Assembly (NCBI GenBank): GCA_037128705.1
Contig: JBAXVX010000002.1
Location: 78,361 to 142,360 of the forward strand
Source: Bacteroidota bacterium
Lineage (GTDB): Bacteria > Bacteroidota > Bacteroidia > Bacteroidales > FEN-979
DNA: 64,000 nt
Reading direction: 5' to 3'
This document shows, piece by piece, positions 9,707 to 19,787 of this stretch (positions within the stretch are counted from its first letter, which is position 1; each line of letters starts with the position of its first letter). Both the position numbers and the translations under genes were made by a program. Under the pieces are notes generated by a model that worked only from the letters and a program-made list of their open reading frames with translations, made no database searches and was not told the origin of the DNA.

Positions 9707-12598
9707 ATGAGGTTTTCCTATTCTGAACAATTTTTCCTTTTAACTGTTGACCCGGTGACGGGCAAACCATTTCCTGTTCCCGACCAGGTGATGCACCTGA
9801 CCCTTGCCGGTGCCCTTTTGTTCGATGCATCATTCAAAGGGATGATCAATGATGACTGGGAGAATGTAACAGTACTGAAAACATCTGAAACCAGGCATCC
9901 CGCGCTTGATGAAACCTTGCGTTGCATGCAGGTTCCTGAACAGTCCGTTCCGCTCGAAAAAGCGCTGGAACTTGTCGCGGCCCACGGGTCCACCCTGCGC
10001 CGGATGGTGTCGGATTTTCTGCAATCACGCCGCGTGTTGACCAGGAAAAAAAAGGAGATCATTCAAAGAGCATGGAAAAATGAGTTATTCTCGCCCGACA
10101 TGCCCGTGGTCACTGAAATACACCGTAAGATCAGGCATGCGATCCTGAAGGATGAAATTCCTGATTTCCAGATTCCCGCACTGGTCAGCCTGGTGGTTGC
10201 CGGCGGGTTGATCAAGCATATTTTAAACCCGGATGAAGCCTCGCGGTTCAGTGAAAAGATTGACTGGCTTGCTTCCATGGAATCACTGGGGAGGGCCGTC
10301 ATCCGATCGGTTCGTTCTCTTGAATCCTCCGACCTGGAAAAGGATGCGGCGAAACTGGTGGGGTTGAAATACAGTGAGCCCAAAACAATAGCAGGTGGCA
10401 TGGATGCCGTATTATCCTCCCTGGGCTATCTCTACAAGGAGGTCGGGATCAGGAAAAGCCGGAAACTCCTTGCCGGCTTTAACCAGCTGAAAGGATTTGA
10501 GTGCCCGGGTTGCGCCTGGCCCAATCCCGACAAGGGACGGTCACATTTTGAATTCTGTGAGAACGGCGCCAAAAGCGTAAGTGCCGAGGCAACATCCAAA
10601 ACCATTACGGCCGCGTTTTTTAAAAAATGGTCGCTGAATGACCTGCTGCGCACACAGGGTTACTGGCTCGAACAGCAAGGGCGCCTTACCTCTCCAATGA
10701 TACGGAATGTAAACGAACAGCATTATAAGCCCATTTCATGGAACGACGCATTCAATTTAATCGCAAATGAACTGAAAGCCCTTACCCATCCTGATGAAGC
10801 TGTTTTTTATGCGTCAGGAAAATCTTCCATTGAGGCCGCCTATCTTTACCAGTTATTGGCGCGCACCCTGGGAACCAACAACCTGCCAAGCAGCGCCAAT
10901 CTCTGTCATGAGCCGTCGGGGAAAGCCATCGCCATGAGCCTGGGTTATGGGAAAAGCAGTGTCACCCTTGACGATTTTCCCAAAGCTGATGCCATCTTCC
11001 TGTTTGGGCACAATCCGGGATCAAATCACCCCCGGATGTTGAAATCATTACAATCGGCCGCCCGAAAAGGTTGCAGGATCGTTGCGGTAAACCCTCTGCC
11101 GGAAGCAAGCCTGATGGGTTTTGCCGATCCCCAGGACCCCGGCTCCTATATGGGTATACAAACAAGGCTTGCCCATCTTTACATTCAGCCCGTGATCAAT
11201 GGCGACATGGCTCTCATCAGGGGAATGGTGAAGGCGACCCTGGAAGAAGAGGATCTCCACGGAAAGATTCTCGATACCGGTTTCATTCAGAAATACTGCA
11301 GCGGATTTGAACAATACAAACAGTTGGTTTTACATACTTCCTGGGAATCGCTGGTTGCGGCCAGCGGTGTCGAAAAGGTCCAGATCACCGAGGCTGCCAG
11401 GATATATTTTACCTCCGGGAATGTGATCGCATCCTGGTGCCTGGGGATTGCGCACCACCTGAATGCCACGGAAACGATCAGAGAATTGATCAACCTGCTG
11501 CTGTTACGCGGAAATATAGGGAAGCCTGGCGCCGGGGTATGCCCGGTACGCGGCCACAGCAACATCCAGGGGATCCGCACCTCCGGAATCGGCACAAACA
11601 TGCCCGTTTCTTTTTTCGAATCCCTTGAAAAACATTTCCCGATCAGGATTCCCCGGACAGCCGGGATGAGCGCAATCCCCGCAATCAAATCCATGGCTGA
11701 GGGAAAAATTAAAGTTCTGATCTCCCTGGGAGGGAATCTTGCTTCAGCGGTTCCCGACACCTCGTTTACCGAGGAGGCTTTGCAGCGATGCGGGCTTACG
11801 GTCATGATCTCGACAAAACTGAACCGGAGTCACCTTGTATGCGGCAGGAAGGCGCTGATCCTGCCATGCCTTTCAAGATCGGAGGAGGACATTGTCCATG
11901 GAAATAAGCAATTTGTAACCATCGAAGATACCATGGGCAAAGTCAGTTTCTCCGGGGGATGTCTTCCGCCGGCTTCGCCTGATCTGAAAAGCGAAGTTTC
12001 CATAATCAGCGGAATCGCCCGGGCCACATTCGGCGATCATGCGGGGATTGAATGGCAAAAGTTCCCGAACGACTATCAGCACATCAGGTCAACCATTGCC
12101 GAAACCATACCGGCCTTCGCCGACCTGGGAAAACACAAATCATCCATGCATGGATTTTACCTGGAAAACCCGCTGCGAAAGCGTATTTTCAACACCCCCG
12201 GCGGCAAAGCCCAATTCAGCGTCGATCCATTGGAGATGGTTGTTCCGGGAGCAAATGAACTGGTACTGATGACGATTCGAAGCCACGACCAGTTCAATAC
12301 TTCTGTTTTCGGACTTAATGACCGCTATCGTGGCGTCAGCAATGAAAGACGGGTGCTGTTCATGAACCGCCAGGATATGGAAGAGCGGAACATTTTCCCG
12401 GAACAGCAGGTTAACATCGAAAGCCACTACGATGAAAAAGTAAGGAAACTGGAGGGCTATTATGTAATCCCCTATCCCATCAGCAAAGGTTGCGTGGCAG
12501 CCTATTTCCCTGAAGCAAACTGGCTTCTTTCAATAAACAATACCGCCAGGGAATGTGAAACACCTGCGTATAAATCAGTAAAAGTCCTCGTACTTTGA
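9707..12598 (+). CDS. GPP34/GOLPH3-like N-terminal domain fused to a YdeP/FdhF-family molybdopterin oxidoreductase
   Basis: The N-terminal ~215 aa (FFLLTVDPVTGKPF, LTLAGALLFD) look like the GPP34 family. From about residue 222 the sequence tracks E. coli YdeP as I recall it (GFECPGCAWPNPD, FCENGAK, NLCHEPSG, GHNPGSNHPRM, GNIGKPGAGVCPVRGHSNIQG, RSHDQFNTS). Confidence 0.75.
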   Translation: MRFSYSEQFFLLTVDPVTGKPFPVPDQVMHLTLAGALLFDASFKGMINDDWENVTVLKTSETRHPALDETLRCMQVPEQSVPLEKALELVAAHGSTLRRMVSDFLQSRRVLTRKKKEIIQRAWKNELFSPDMPVVTEIHRKIRHAILKDEIPDFQIPALVSLVVAGGLIKHILNPDEASRFSEKIDWLASMESLGRAVIRSVRSLESSDLEKDAAKLVGLKYSEPKTIAGGMDAVLSSLGYLYKEVGIRKSRKLLAGFNQLKGFECPGCAWPNPDKGRSHFEFCENGAKSVSAEATSKTITAAFFKKWSLNDLLRTQGYWLEQQGRLTSPMIRNVNEQHYKPISWNDAFNLIANELKALTHPDEAVFYASGKSSIEAAYLYQLLARTLGTNNLPSSANLCHEPSGKAIAMSLGYGKSSVTLDDFPKADAIFLFGHNPGSNHPRMLKSLQSAARKGCRIVAVNPLPEASLMGFADPQDPGSYMGIQTRLAHLYIQPVINGDMALIRGMVKATLEEEDLHGKILDTGFIQKYCSGFEQYKQLVLHTSWESLVAASGVEKVQITEAARIYFTSGNVIASWCLGIAHHLNATETIRELINLLLLRGNIGKPGAGVCPVRGHSNIQGIRTSGIGTNMPVSFFESLEKHFPIRIPRTAGMSAIPAIKSMAEGKIKVLISLGGNLASAVPDTSFTEEALQRCGLTVMISTKLNRSHLVCGRKALILPCLSRSEEDIVHGNKQFVTIEDTMGKVSFSGGCLPPASPDLKSEVSIISGIARATFGDHAGIEWQKFPNDYQHIRSTIAETIPAFADLGKHKSSMHGFYLENPLRKRIFNTPGGKAQFSVDPLEMVVPGANELVLMTIRSHDQFNTSVFGLNDRYRGVSNERRVLFMNRQDMEERNIFPEQQVNIESHYDEKVRKLEGYYVIPYPISKGCVAAYFPEANWLLSINNTARECETPAYKSVKVLVL

Positions 12599-12738
12599 TA
12601 AAAGTGTGCAGGCTACAGGTGGCAAGAATCAGAAACCCCTCCACTGCATCATTTTCTCCACAATACCCGGAAAAATAATTTTTGATTTGGAAAGTAACAA
12701 TAATACATATATCTTTGACAATACAAAAACAGACAACC

Positions 12739-13407
12739 ATGAACAAAGTAATGTATCTTTTATTGGCATTCTCCCTGTTCACATCCTGCAAAAAGGATGA
12801 TACAACGGACGAGAACAGTTCTACATCCATTGGTGGTGATACAAATATTGAGATCAACCAGGTTGGAAACACATTTACCCCTGCTGCAGTTTCGGTGGGA
12901 GGCAGCTATCTTGACATCCCGGCTTCGATCGAAACCATTAAAACCGAAAACGGGATCAATACCATTAAAATGGTCGTCGACCTCACTAAAGCACCTGAAC
13001 TGGCAGCCTTGAATGCCATGATCCCTGCACAGTATAAAGATAACCAGGGCCGGGTAAATTCAGAAGTCAGGGTAAAAATGACATCCGAAGGCATATTGGA
13101 TTATACGAACAAGGACGGGGCTCCTTTTGTTGCGGTAAAATATGGCTCCAGCGTTGGCGATCAATACCAGCTCACCAAGTCGGATGGCAAAACAATTACC
13201 CGGAAAGTAGTTCAAAAATCAACCACCGACGACTTCTCCTGGGGTTTTTTAATGATCAAGACCATCTCAGTGGAACAAGATTCACGGATGCCGGGTATCA
13301 GCAAAATCGTCTACCGGTTCAACCACAAGTTCGGCCTTGTGGCTTTTGAACTTCATGGCGAGGATCGGTCGGTATTAGAGGGCCTGGTATATCCAAAATA
13401 TCCCTGA
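12739..13407 (+). CDS. hypothetical lipoprotein
   Basis: The internal ATG at 12739 gives MNKVMYLLLAFSLFTSCKKDD, a lipoprotein signal. The longer ORF from 12682 adds a non-signal extension. Confidence 0.55.
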   Translation: MNKVMYLLLAFSLFTSCKKDDTTDENSSTSIGGDTNIEINQVGNTFTPAAVSVGGSYLDIPASIETIKTENGINTIKMVVDLTKAPELAALNAMIPAQYKDNQGRVNSEVRVKMTSEGILDYTNKDGAPFVAVKYGSSVGDQYQLTKSDGKTITRKVVQKSTTDDFSWGFLMIKTISVEQDSRMPGISKIVYRFNHKFGLVAFELHGEDRSVLEGLVYPKYP

Positions 13408-13429
13408 TCGTTGAATGTAGTTACCCCTG

Positions 13430-13894
13430 GTGATTTTGAAGAAACTTCTGCTGCCATCTTACTGCAAAATAATCGGTTATATTCTGACGATCACCGGCAT
13501 TTTTCTCAGCTTTGTCCGGTTTGGCCTCGGGATCAAACCCACCTTCCTTGAAGTAAAGGTTTTTGCCATTTATAGCTCAATTTTTCAAGCGAGGTACTTT
13601 TCCCTGGTATACAACAACATCAGTGAGGAAATTTGCGGAGTGCTTTTGCTTTCAGGACTCTTTCTGATGACCTTTTCGCGCGAACGACATGAACAGAATT
13701 CCCTGTGGCGCCTGCGTTATCGGTCGATGTTTCTTGCTGTTTTCATCAATACCCTGCTGCTGCTCTTTGCCATCCTGTTTTTTTTCGGATTGGGTTTTCT
13801 CGTTATGATGACCCTGCATTTATTCTCCCTGCTCCTGATCTACAATATCATCTTTCTCATCTCACGTATCCGCAGTAAAAGGTCAATCGCTTAA
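13430..13894 (+). CDS. hypothetical integral membrane protein
   Basis: Four to five hydrophobic helices, a GTG start and no recognisable motif. Confidence 0.45.
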   Translation: MILKKLLLPSYCKIIGYILTITGIFLSFVRFGLGIKPTFLEVKVFAIYSSIFQARYFSLVYNNISEEICGVLLLSGLFLMTFSRERHEQNSLWRLRYRSMFLAVFINTLLLLFAILFFFGLGFLVMMTLHLFSLLLIYNIIFLISRIRSKRSIA

Positions 13895-13896
13895 TA

Positions 13897-14670
13897 ATGA
13901 ATCTGATCCATGAAACCGTGAGTCAAACCGACTGGCTCTATACCCGAATTTATCAAAATAATCTTCTCTTTATTGATCTTTGGTCGTTTGTTCATTTCTG
14001 GAGCGGTTTTGGTCTCATCATCCTTGCCAGGGACTTTAAAATCAAGCACCCTGTGGCCCTCATGGTTATAATACTTATCCTCTATGAACTAGTGGAAATT
14101 TCATTTCTCTATTTTGCCATGTCTGTTTTCCGACCCGAAACCATCAAAGACCAGTTTACCGATATTTTCATTGGCATAGCGGGAGGGGTAAGTATCTGGT
14201 ACGCGCTGAAGTTTATCCGCAAAAATGATCTTTTGAACAGAAAGTTTACGCTGCAGGGAATTGCATTGTATGCTGCCATCACCATTGCCTTCATTTGGGT
14301 AGGGTTTTACCGGTATGAATACAACTGGGGATTCATGAACAGCAATGGCATCAACTACTGGGCTCTCTCATGGTGGACCCTTGCATGTTATGTGACCATC
14401 AACCTCTTTCTTCTTTTCAAAAACCGGGGAGCAGCAATTTCAGTCATCATAACCTATGCAATTTATTTCACCTCCTTATTGATTCTTGAATATTGCGGTT
14501 ACTACCTGGCCGGGATGCATGAGATCAGCAAGCCGGGGTCAGATGCACTGATTTTCGGTCTGATTCACGGCACCCGGGCCATGCATCTCTTTTATATCTC
14601 GGCTCCCGGAATTTCAATTCTTGCGTTTCTCCTGGCGAGATGGCTTATTGCCAGAGCCATCAGTGGTTAG
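13897..14670 (+). CDS. hypothetical integral membrane protein
   Basis: Polytopic and hydrophobic. It starts 2 nt after the previous gene. Confidence 0.5.
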   Translation: MNLIHETVSQTDWLYTRIYQNNLLFIDLWSFVHFWSGFGLIILARDFKIKHPVALMVIILILYELVEISFLYFAMSVFRPETIKDQFTDIFIGIAGGVSIWYALKFIRKNDLLNRKFTLQGIALYAAITIAFIWVGFYRYEYNWGFMNSNGINYWALSWWTLACYVTINLFLLFKNRGAAISVIITYAIYFTSLLILEYCGYYLAGMHEISKPGSDALIFGLIHGTRAMHLFYISAPGISILAFLLARWLIARAISG

Positions 14671-14719
14671 CGATCCAACCCCCACATCAAGCCATCGGGC
14701 TGGCGGGGGGATTGGATCG
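14671..14719 (+). terminator. long imperfect hairpin immediately after the stop codon (possible terminator)
   Basis: cgatccaaccccc (14671-14683) pairs with ggggg-a-ttggatcg (14706-14719), giving 13 bp with one bulge. Only three T residues follow. Confidence 0.35.
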
Positions 14720-14802
14720 TTTAACAGATATAACTACCCATTTTACCGATCATTTTTGACCTGAAGAGCGGTCTTCAATACTTTTGCACAAATCCTTGTC
14801 CC

Positions 14803-15390
14803 ATGAAAAAGATTTTTACCCTGCTCGCACTTTTAATCACATTTCAATTTGTTTATGCACAGGCTGATGAACCGGAAAAGGTTCTTATGAAACCTGCCCT
14901 GCTGGTGATCGATGTCCAAAAACAATATTTGCCCCTCATGTCAAAAGAAGACCAGGACAGGGCCCTCGAAATGATGAACTGGTCCATCTGGCTCTTCAGG
15001 CAATATGGTTTACCTGTGATACGGGTTTACCACACAAGTGAAAAGTGGGGCCCAAAACCGGGTTCGCCTGGCTTTGAATTCCACGACTCACTGAAAATCG
15101 AACAGTCGGACCCGAAGGTGATCAAAACCTACCCGAGTGCATTCAACAAGACAGAGCTCAACAACCTGCTCAAAGAGAAAGGCATCAATGCGCTGTTCCT
15201 GTGCGGGCTGAGCTCGGTCGGATGCGTCCTGGCAACCTATATGGATGCAGGCAACTATGACTACGAGGTGTTCCTCATCAAGGACGCCATCATCGGCCAT
15301 GACGCCAAGTATACCGACCAGGTTGAAACCATCTTTAACGCCCTGGATCTGAATACGATCAACTACATGTTCAAGATCCGGAAAGAGTGA
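14803..15390 (+). CDS. isochorismatase-family cysteine hydrolase, secreted
   Basis: Signal peptide, ALLVIDVQ, and the catalytic Cys context GLSSVGCVLAT. Confidence 0.75.
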   Translation: MKKIFTLLALLITFQFVYAQADEPEKVLMKPALLVIDVQKQYLPLMSKEDQDRALEMMNWSIWLFRQYGLPVIRVYHTSEKWGPKPGSPGFEFHDSLKIEQSDPKVIKTYPSAFNKTELNNLLKEKGINALFLCGLSSVGCVLATYMDAGNYDYEVFLIKDAIIGHDAKYTDQVETIFNALDLNTINYMFKIRKE

Positions 15391-15559
15391 TGATGCAGGC
15401 TTCGAATTTAAATCCTGACATGCAAAGTGCCGACTGCTCCTCCGAAATCGGTGAAAATTTAATTAGGAATTCGGGAAAAAATGTTGTACATTTGTCTTAA
15501 CGGCTAAATGTTCAAATTTTTTCATACGAATAAAGTGAGATAATTTCCTAGTATTTTTT

Positions 15560-15598
15560 GAAGCATCAGGCTGGCCGTTCCTGATGCTTTCTTTTTTT
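15560..15598 (+). terminator. rho-independent terminator
   Basis: A perfect 10-bp stem (aagcatcagg at 15561-15570 with cctgatgctt at 15580-15589), a 9-nt loop, then tcTTTTTTTg. Confidence 0.6.
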
Positions 15599-15776
15599 GT
15601 GCATATTTGATTCCCATTCGTTTCGATCAGATCTGTCTTGCCCCTCCTCACAAACCTGCAGATACTGCAATCTCCGGGATGGTTCACAGCACGAATCATC
15701 CTTGGATAAGTTTAATGCGCATCACTGCCAGGTCTTTCCAGGGATCATCCGGGTGTAGAAAAATCATTGTTTTTGA

Positions 15777-17555
15777 CTACAATGCCTTTTTGCTTTCATA
15801 AACAACATTTCCACCGACGATGGTCTGGTATATCCTGATGTCAATGATCTTCTCCGGATCTATGGTCAGGATATCGTCCGACAAGACGGTCATGTCGGCA
15901 AACTTCCCGGGTTCGATTGTTCCCTTGAGTTTTTCCTCCCCGAGCGATTTAGCGGCCCAGATGGTCCACATCTTAAGCGATTCGGTGACGGTCAGCGCCT
16001 GGTCGGGCTCAAACTTCCCGTTATCGCTGTTCCTTGTGACGGTCGCATAAATAGCCTTCATGGGGTTGGTGTTTTCCAGGTAGACCCCGGTTACATCGGT
16101 GCTGCCGGCGGGTTCAAGCCCTGCGTTCACCATGGTCCGGAACCGGAAACCGGTCGCAGCCCTTTCATAGCCCATGTCCTCGATATCGGACTTTACCAGA
16201 ACAGTCAGCCAGGTGGGCTGAACCGAGATGCGCATTCCCTCCGTGTGTAGTTTGACAGCCCTGTCGAGCTGGTTCTGGTACATCTGGAATACGCCGAAAT
16301 GTTCTATCCTGAAGATGTTTTTAGGATTTCCCGGGGCACAAAGGGTTTCGTAGGTGGTCATGCCGATGGCCATCGCCTTGTCGCCCGAGCAGTGCAGCAT
16401 ACAGATCACCCCGTTTTTCTGGGCGATCTTCGCCAGCCGGATCGCCTGCTCCCCGGAAGTTACCTGGGAACCATGTCCGCCCTCGGGATCGGTCTCTTTG
16501 TGTCCAAGGTAGGGACTGCACATCAGTCCGGTGCGGGCGTCGTTCTCGCCGTCCACCCAGGCCTTGATTCCGGTGAAATGATAGTAATCGGGATCACTTC
16601 CTGCCGGGAATGCGAATACCGACAGGTCTTCGGGCATGTCCTCGCCATTGGCGGCCTTCCACACCGACATGGAGTACCGCAGTGCAGGCTTGTAGCCGGT
16701 GGATGCTACTTTTTGAATTACCGGCACCACCGCGGCCTGGGTGATCCCCATTACGGTGGTGAAACCGTAGCTGTTCCAGAAATTCTGGATACCGGTAGTA
16801 AAGAAACTTTCCAGCTGGGCCGGGGTTAGAACAGAAGGAACGTCGGCAAAGGCATCGGTCAGGGTGCCGTTGGGATTGCCATTGCTGTCGAGGCCGATCC
16901 CTCCGCCATGGGGAAGCTTGGTCTGGCCCTTTTTTACCCCGATGACCTCCAGGGCTTTGCTGTTTACGACGAAAAGATGGGTTCCGTCGAGCACCACAAC
17001 GGGGTTGTCGGGACTGATCGAATCGAGCTCGGCAAGAGTAGGCATCCGCTTTTCTGCAAATTTGGTCTGGGAGGCGGAAACGCAGGCAGCCAGTATCCAT
17101 TGGCCTTTTTTTGCCGTTTTCACCGAATCGGTCATATTGCGGAGCGCCTGTTTTACCGAAGGTACGCCAGGATAGCGGCAGTTCACAAAATCGGTCGTAA
17201 GGTACATCGTCTCCACCGGATGGGTGTGCGCATCGATAAAGCCCGGCGTGACCGTTTTCTTCTCCAAATCAACCAGTTTGGTATTCGGCCCGGCCATTTT
17301 TTTTATCTCGGCATTGTTTCCGGCGGCCAGAAACTTCCCATTCAAGACTGCCACAGCCTCCACGATCCTGTCCGACTTGTCGAGGGTGATGATCTTTCCG
17401 TTGAAATAGATCACCTCCGGCACTTCGCCGGCAGAGCCTGATAACGGCATTAAAAAGAGCAATATCATCCCGGTAATAAAGACCCTCGTTGTAGAACTGA
17501 TTTTTTTTGTGATTAAAGTTAGTTTCATAGATTTATTTTTCAGGATTTTCATCAT
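15777..17555 (-). CDS. amidohydrolase-family metallohydrolase (Amidohydro_3-like), secreted
   Basis: Signal/TM segment, the metal-binding motif GFIDAHTHP, and a ~590-aa length typical of this family. Confidence 0.75.
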   Translation of the reverse strand: MMKILKNKSMKLTLITKKISSTTRVFITGMILLFLMPLSGSAGEVPEVIYFNGKIITLDKSDRIVEAVAVLNGKFLAAGNNAEIKKMAGPNTKLVDLEKKTVTPGFIDAHTHPVETMYLTTDFVNCRYPGVPSVKQALRNMTDSVKTAKKGQWILAACVSASQTKFAEKRMPTLAELDSISPDNPVVVLDGTHLFVVNSKALEVIGVKKGQTKLPHGGGIGLDSNGNPNGTLTDAFADVPSVLTPAQLESFFTTGIQNFWNSYGFTTVMGITQAAVVPVIQKVASTGYKPALRYSMSVWKAANGEDMPEDLSVFAFPAGSDPDYYHFTGIKAWVDGENDARTGLMCSPYLGHKETDPEGGHGSQVTSGEQAIRLAKIAQKNGVICMLHCSGDKAMAIGMTTYETLCAPGNPKNIFRIEHFGVFQMYQNQLDRAVKLHTEGMRISVQPTWLTVLVKSDIEDMGYERAATGFRFRTMVNAGLEPAGSTDVTGVYLENTNPMKAIYATVTRNSDNGKFEPDQALTVTESLKMWTIWAAKSLGEEKLKGTIEPGKFADMTVLSDDILTIDPEKIIDIRIYQTIVGGNVVYESKKAL

Positions 17556-17630
17556 TTTTTTTGCGGATCAATCTGGAGAGTCCGCCTGCACGATCAGCCG
17601 GGGCGTGACCATAACGGGATGGATCATGGT

Positions 17631-19769
17631 TTAGTTCCAAATGGTATAGGAACCGTTGTAAATGATCTGGCAATAGTAGTTCAGGGTTAAGGCATGCACG
17701 TTCCCTGTGGAATTCGGATTGTCAAGCCAGAATCCAAAATTGTAAGACTTTGAGCCGCTGCTGACCTGCACATTCGTAACTCCTGATTCCTCCGAAAATG
17801 AGGTTATATCGAACAATGTCCTGTTTGACTCCACGCGTTGTCCGGCATTCTGGGGTATCACCATGTCTGTACCGCCATACATATGCATTTTCGCCTGTGT
17901 CAGGTAAGGTGGAGAGGTGTAATAATAAGTGAATGCCGATATGGTCTTGGGATCCTGGTCCGATTGATTATTCCCAATGTTCACGTCTGATACACGGCAG
18001 TCAACCACATAACATTGATGACTGGTTTCACAAAGCGGACCGTTATATCCAATCTGGTTGTACGATTCGATAAAATACTGCAGAAATGAGTTGTGGGGAT
18101 AATCATTGCCGCCACCATCGGTGGTACAAAAAACCGGGGGATTGCATTGAGAAGTACTGCCATTGAAAGAGTTCCATAAAAAGTTGGTTCCGGCATTATG
18201 CAGGTTTGCGTTGTCATTGAAGTGTAAATAACCCCATGGCCAGTAAAGCGAGGCGGAACCGAACGAAATACAGAAGGTTGATGAATAGGACGGTGAGGTT
18301 TGCGAAGGATCGTCGGGATTCACCCAAACCATTGAAACATTGCCGCTGGGTATCGATAGGTGCGACCATGGTATCGTTGGAAAAGAAACAGGTATCGGTA
18401 CCAAATCGCCACTTGGGCTGATGTTATCGACTCCGTTCCCCCGGTAAAAACATACTTTATTATCGGGCGCACTGGAAGATCCTGTCCAGTAAGTATACGG
18501 ATACTGACTTTTATGCATCCCGCCGTTATCTATTGTAAACGGATACGTATTGAGGCCGGTGGAAAATGACATAGCCGATGAGCAGTAATTCCTGGGTAGC
18601 GACATGGTCAGGAATAAGCTTCCGGGGTTCTGTCCAATGGAAAGCCTGATCATTCGTGCAAGTAAATTGGCTCTTGAAATAAATGGTCCGCAGGCATGGT
18701 CGATCGCAATGCCGTAATTAAAACTTTCCAAATCGGTATTGAACTGACTGGTTGTGCGGTAATCGATTAGATTGATGCTCAGGTAGTCGACAACCTCGAG
18801 AAACATTGCAACCTCATTCTCAATCATCGGACGGAATCCCTGAGTTATATAATACTGTACCACGCTGTCCCCGCCGGTTTCCCATGCATTTTCAGCATTG
18901 CTGTAAACGATCAGTGCCTTAAATTGAGCGTTTAGAATATAGAGGAAATAGTTTTCGAGCAGTTTGTAGGTTGACAGGGCGTTACCGGGAATTTTGGTGT
19001 AGGCGTTGGCATTGTTGTGCAAAATGATATCATCGGTAAAAATCTTCAGCACACTGGTGCTGAATCCGGGACAGACCAAATCGTTTAACTTGCTTATCTG
19101 CAACTGCATGTCATTGTCGTCGACAGGACTTTGCGCATACCTGTTGATAAAATTGGGCACCACCTCATTTTGTAAGGTTGAAATAGTAATCGAGGGTTTC
19201 CCCTGCAAGGCAAGTTTTGTATTTTTAGTATAGTATCTCAAACCGACATTTCTGCCTGAATCTACCGCACCTTTCACATTGGTGACATAGGAATGGGTGG
19301 CCATTCCTGAGATGTAGGTGATGATATTGGCCTGTGTCATATACAACTGGTTCGACAGGTTTTGAATGTCCTGCATGATCAGGGTGTCAAGTTGCAGGGC
19401 CTGGTCAAGTTCCTGGTCAATTTTTGCGAAATCGGATTCAGTTTGTTTGTTTTCGTGAAGTTCCTTCATTGCATCGATGATGTCCCCGAAAGGGAGGTCG
19501 GGTTCATTTTCACCTTCGCCGATGCCTGTGCCCATATGATATATTAAGCTTCCCAGGAACGGATTCGGGCTGGAAGTTTCAGCAAAGGTCAGGAATTTAT
19601 ACCCGTTGGTCTTGAAAAGACTTTCGGGATTGGAATTCGCTGAATTAATGGGTGTAAAGTTCATGGGCGATTCCTTCTTGCGGCAGGAGCTATTCAAGAC
19701 AACAAGGGAGGCAAACATCAAAACCACCGCAAGGAAGGTGATGGATTTTATAAGTTTTTTCATAATCAT
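17631..19769 (-). CDS. large hypothetical lipoprotein (helix-rich N-half; Cys/aromatic-rich C-half)
   Basis: Lipobox LNSSC and no motif I recognise. Last gene of a tightly spaced three-gene minus-strand unit. Confidence 0.5.
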   Translation of the reverse strand: MIMKKLIKSITFLAVVLMFASLVVLNSSCRKKESPMNFTPINSANSNPESLFKTNGYKFLTFAETSSPNPFLGSLIYHMGTGIGEGENEPDLPFGDIIDAMKELHENKQTESDFAKIDQELDQALQLDTLIMQDIQNLSNQLYMTQANIITYISGMATHSYVTNVKGAVDSGRNVGLRYYTKNTKLALQGKPSITISTLQNEVVPNFINRYAQSPVDDNDMQLQISKLNDLVCPGFSTSVLKIFTDDIILHNNANAYTKIPGNALSTYKLLENYFLYILNAQFKALIVYSNAENAWETGGDSVVQYYITQGFRPMIENEVAMFLEVVDYLSINLIDYRTTSQFNTDLESFNYGIAIDHACGPFISRANLLARMIRLSIGQNPGSLFLTMSLPRNYCSSAMSFSTGLNTYPFTIDNGGMHKSQYPYTYWTGSSSAPDNKVCFYRGNGVDNISPSGDLVPIPVSFPTIPWSHLSIPSGNVSMVWVNPDDPSQTSPSYSSTFCISFGSASLYWPWGYLHFNDNANLHNAGTNFLWNSFNGSTSQCNPPVFCTTDGGGNDYPHNSFLQYFIESYNQIGYNGPLCETSHQCYVVDCRVSDVNIGNNQSDQDPKTISAFTYYYTSPPYLTQAKMHMYGGTDMVIPQNAGQRVESNRTLFDITSFSEESGVTNVQVSSGSKSYNFGFWLDNPNSTGNVHALTLNYYCQIIYNGSYTIWN

Positions 19770-19787
19770 TTTTATTAAGGAATGAAA

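Noticed and set aside
15395-15430. ggcttcgaatttaaatcc, which superficially resembles a tRNA T-arm (GGTTCGAATCC)
   Set aside because: The flanks cannot form acceptor, D or anticodon stems, so this is not a tRNA. I recognised no tRNA, rRNA, CRISPR repeats, transposase or integrase anywhere in the window.
16299-17441. Several 100-177 aa ORFs on both strands inside 15777-17555
   Set aside because: All are out of frame or antisense within the amidohydrolase gene (GFIDAHTHP). Their products are R/G/P-rich.
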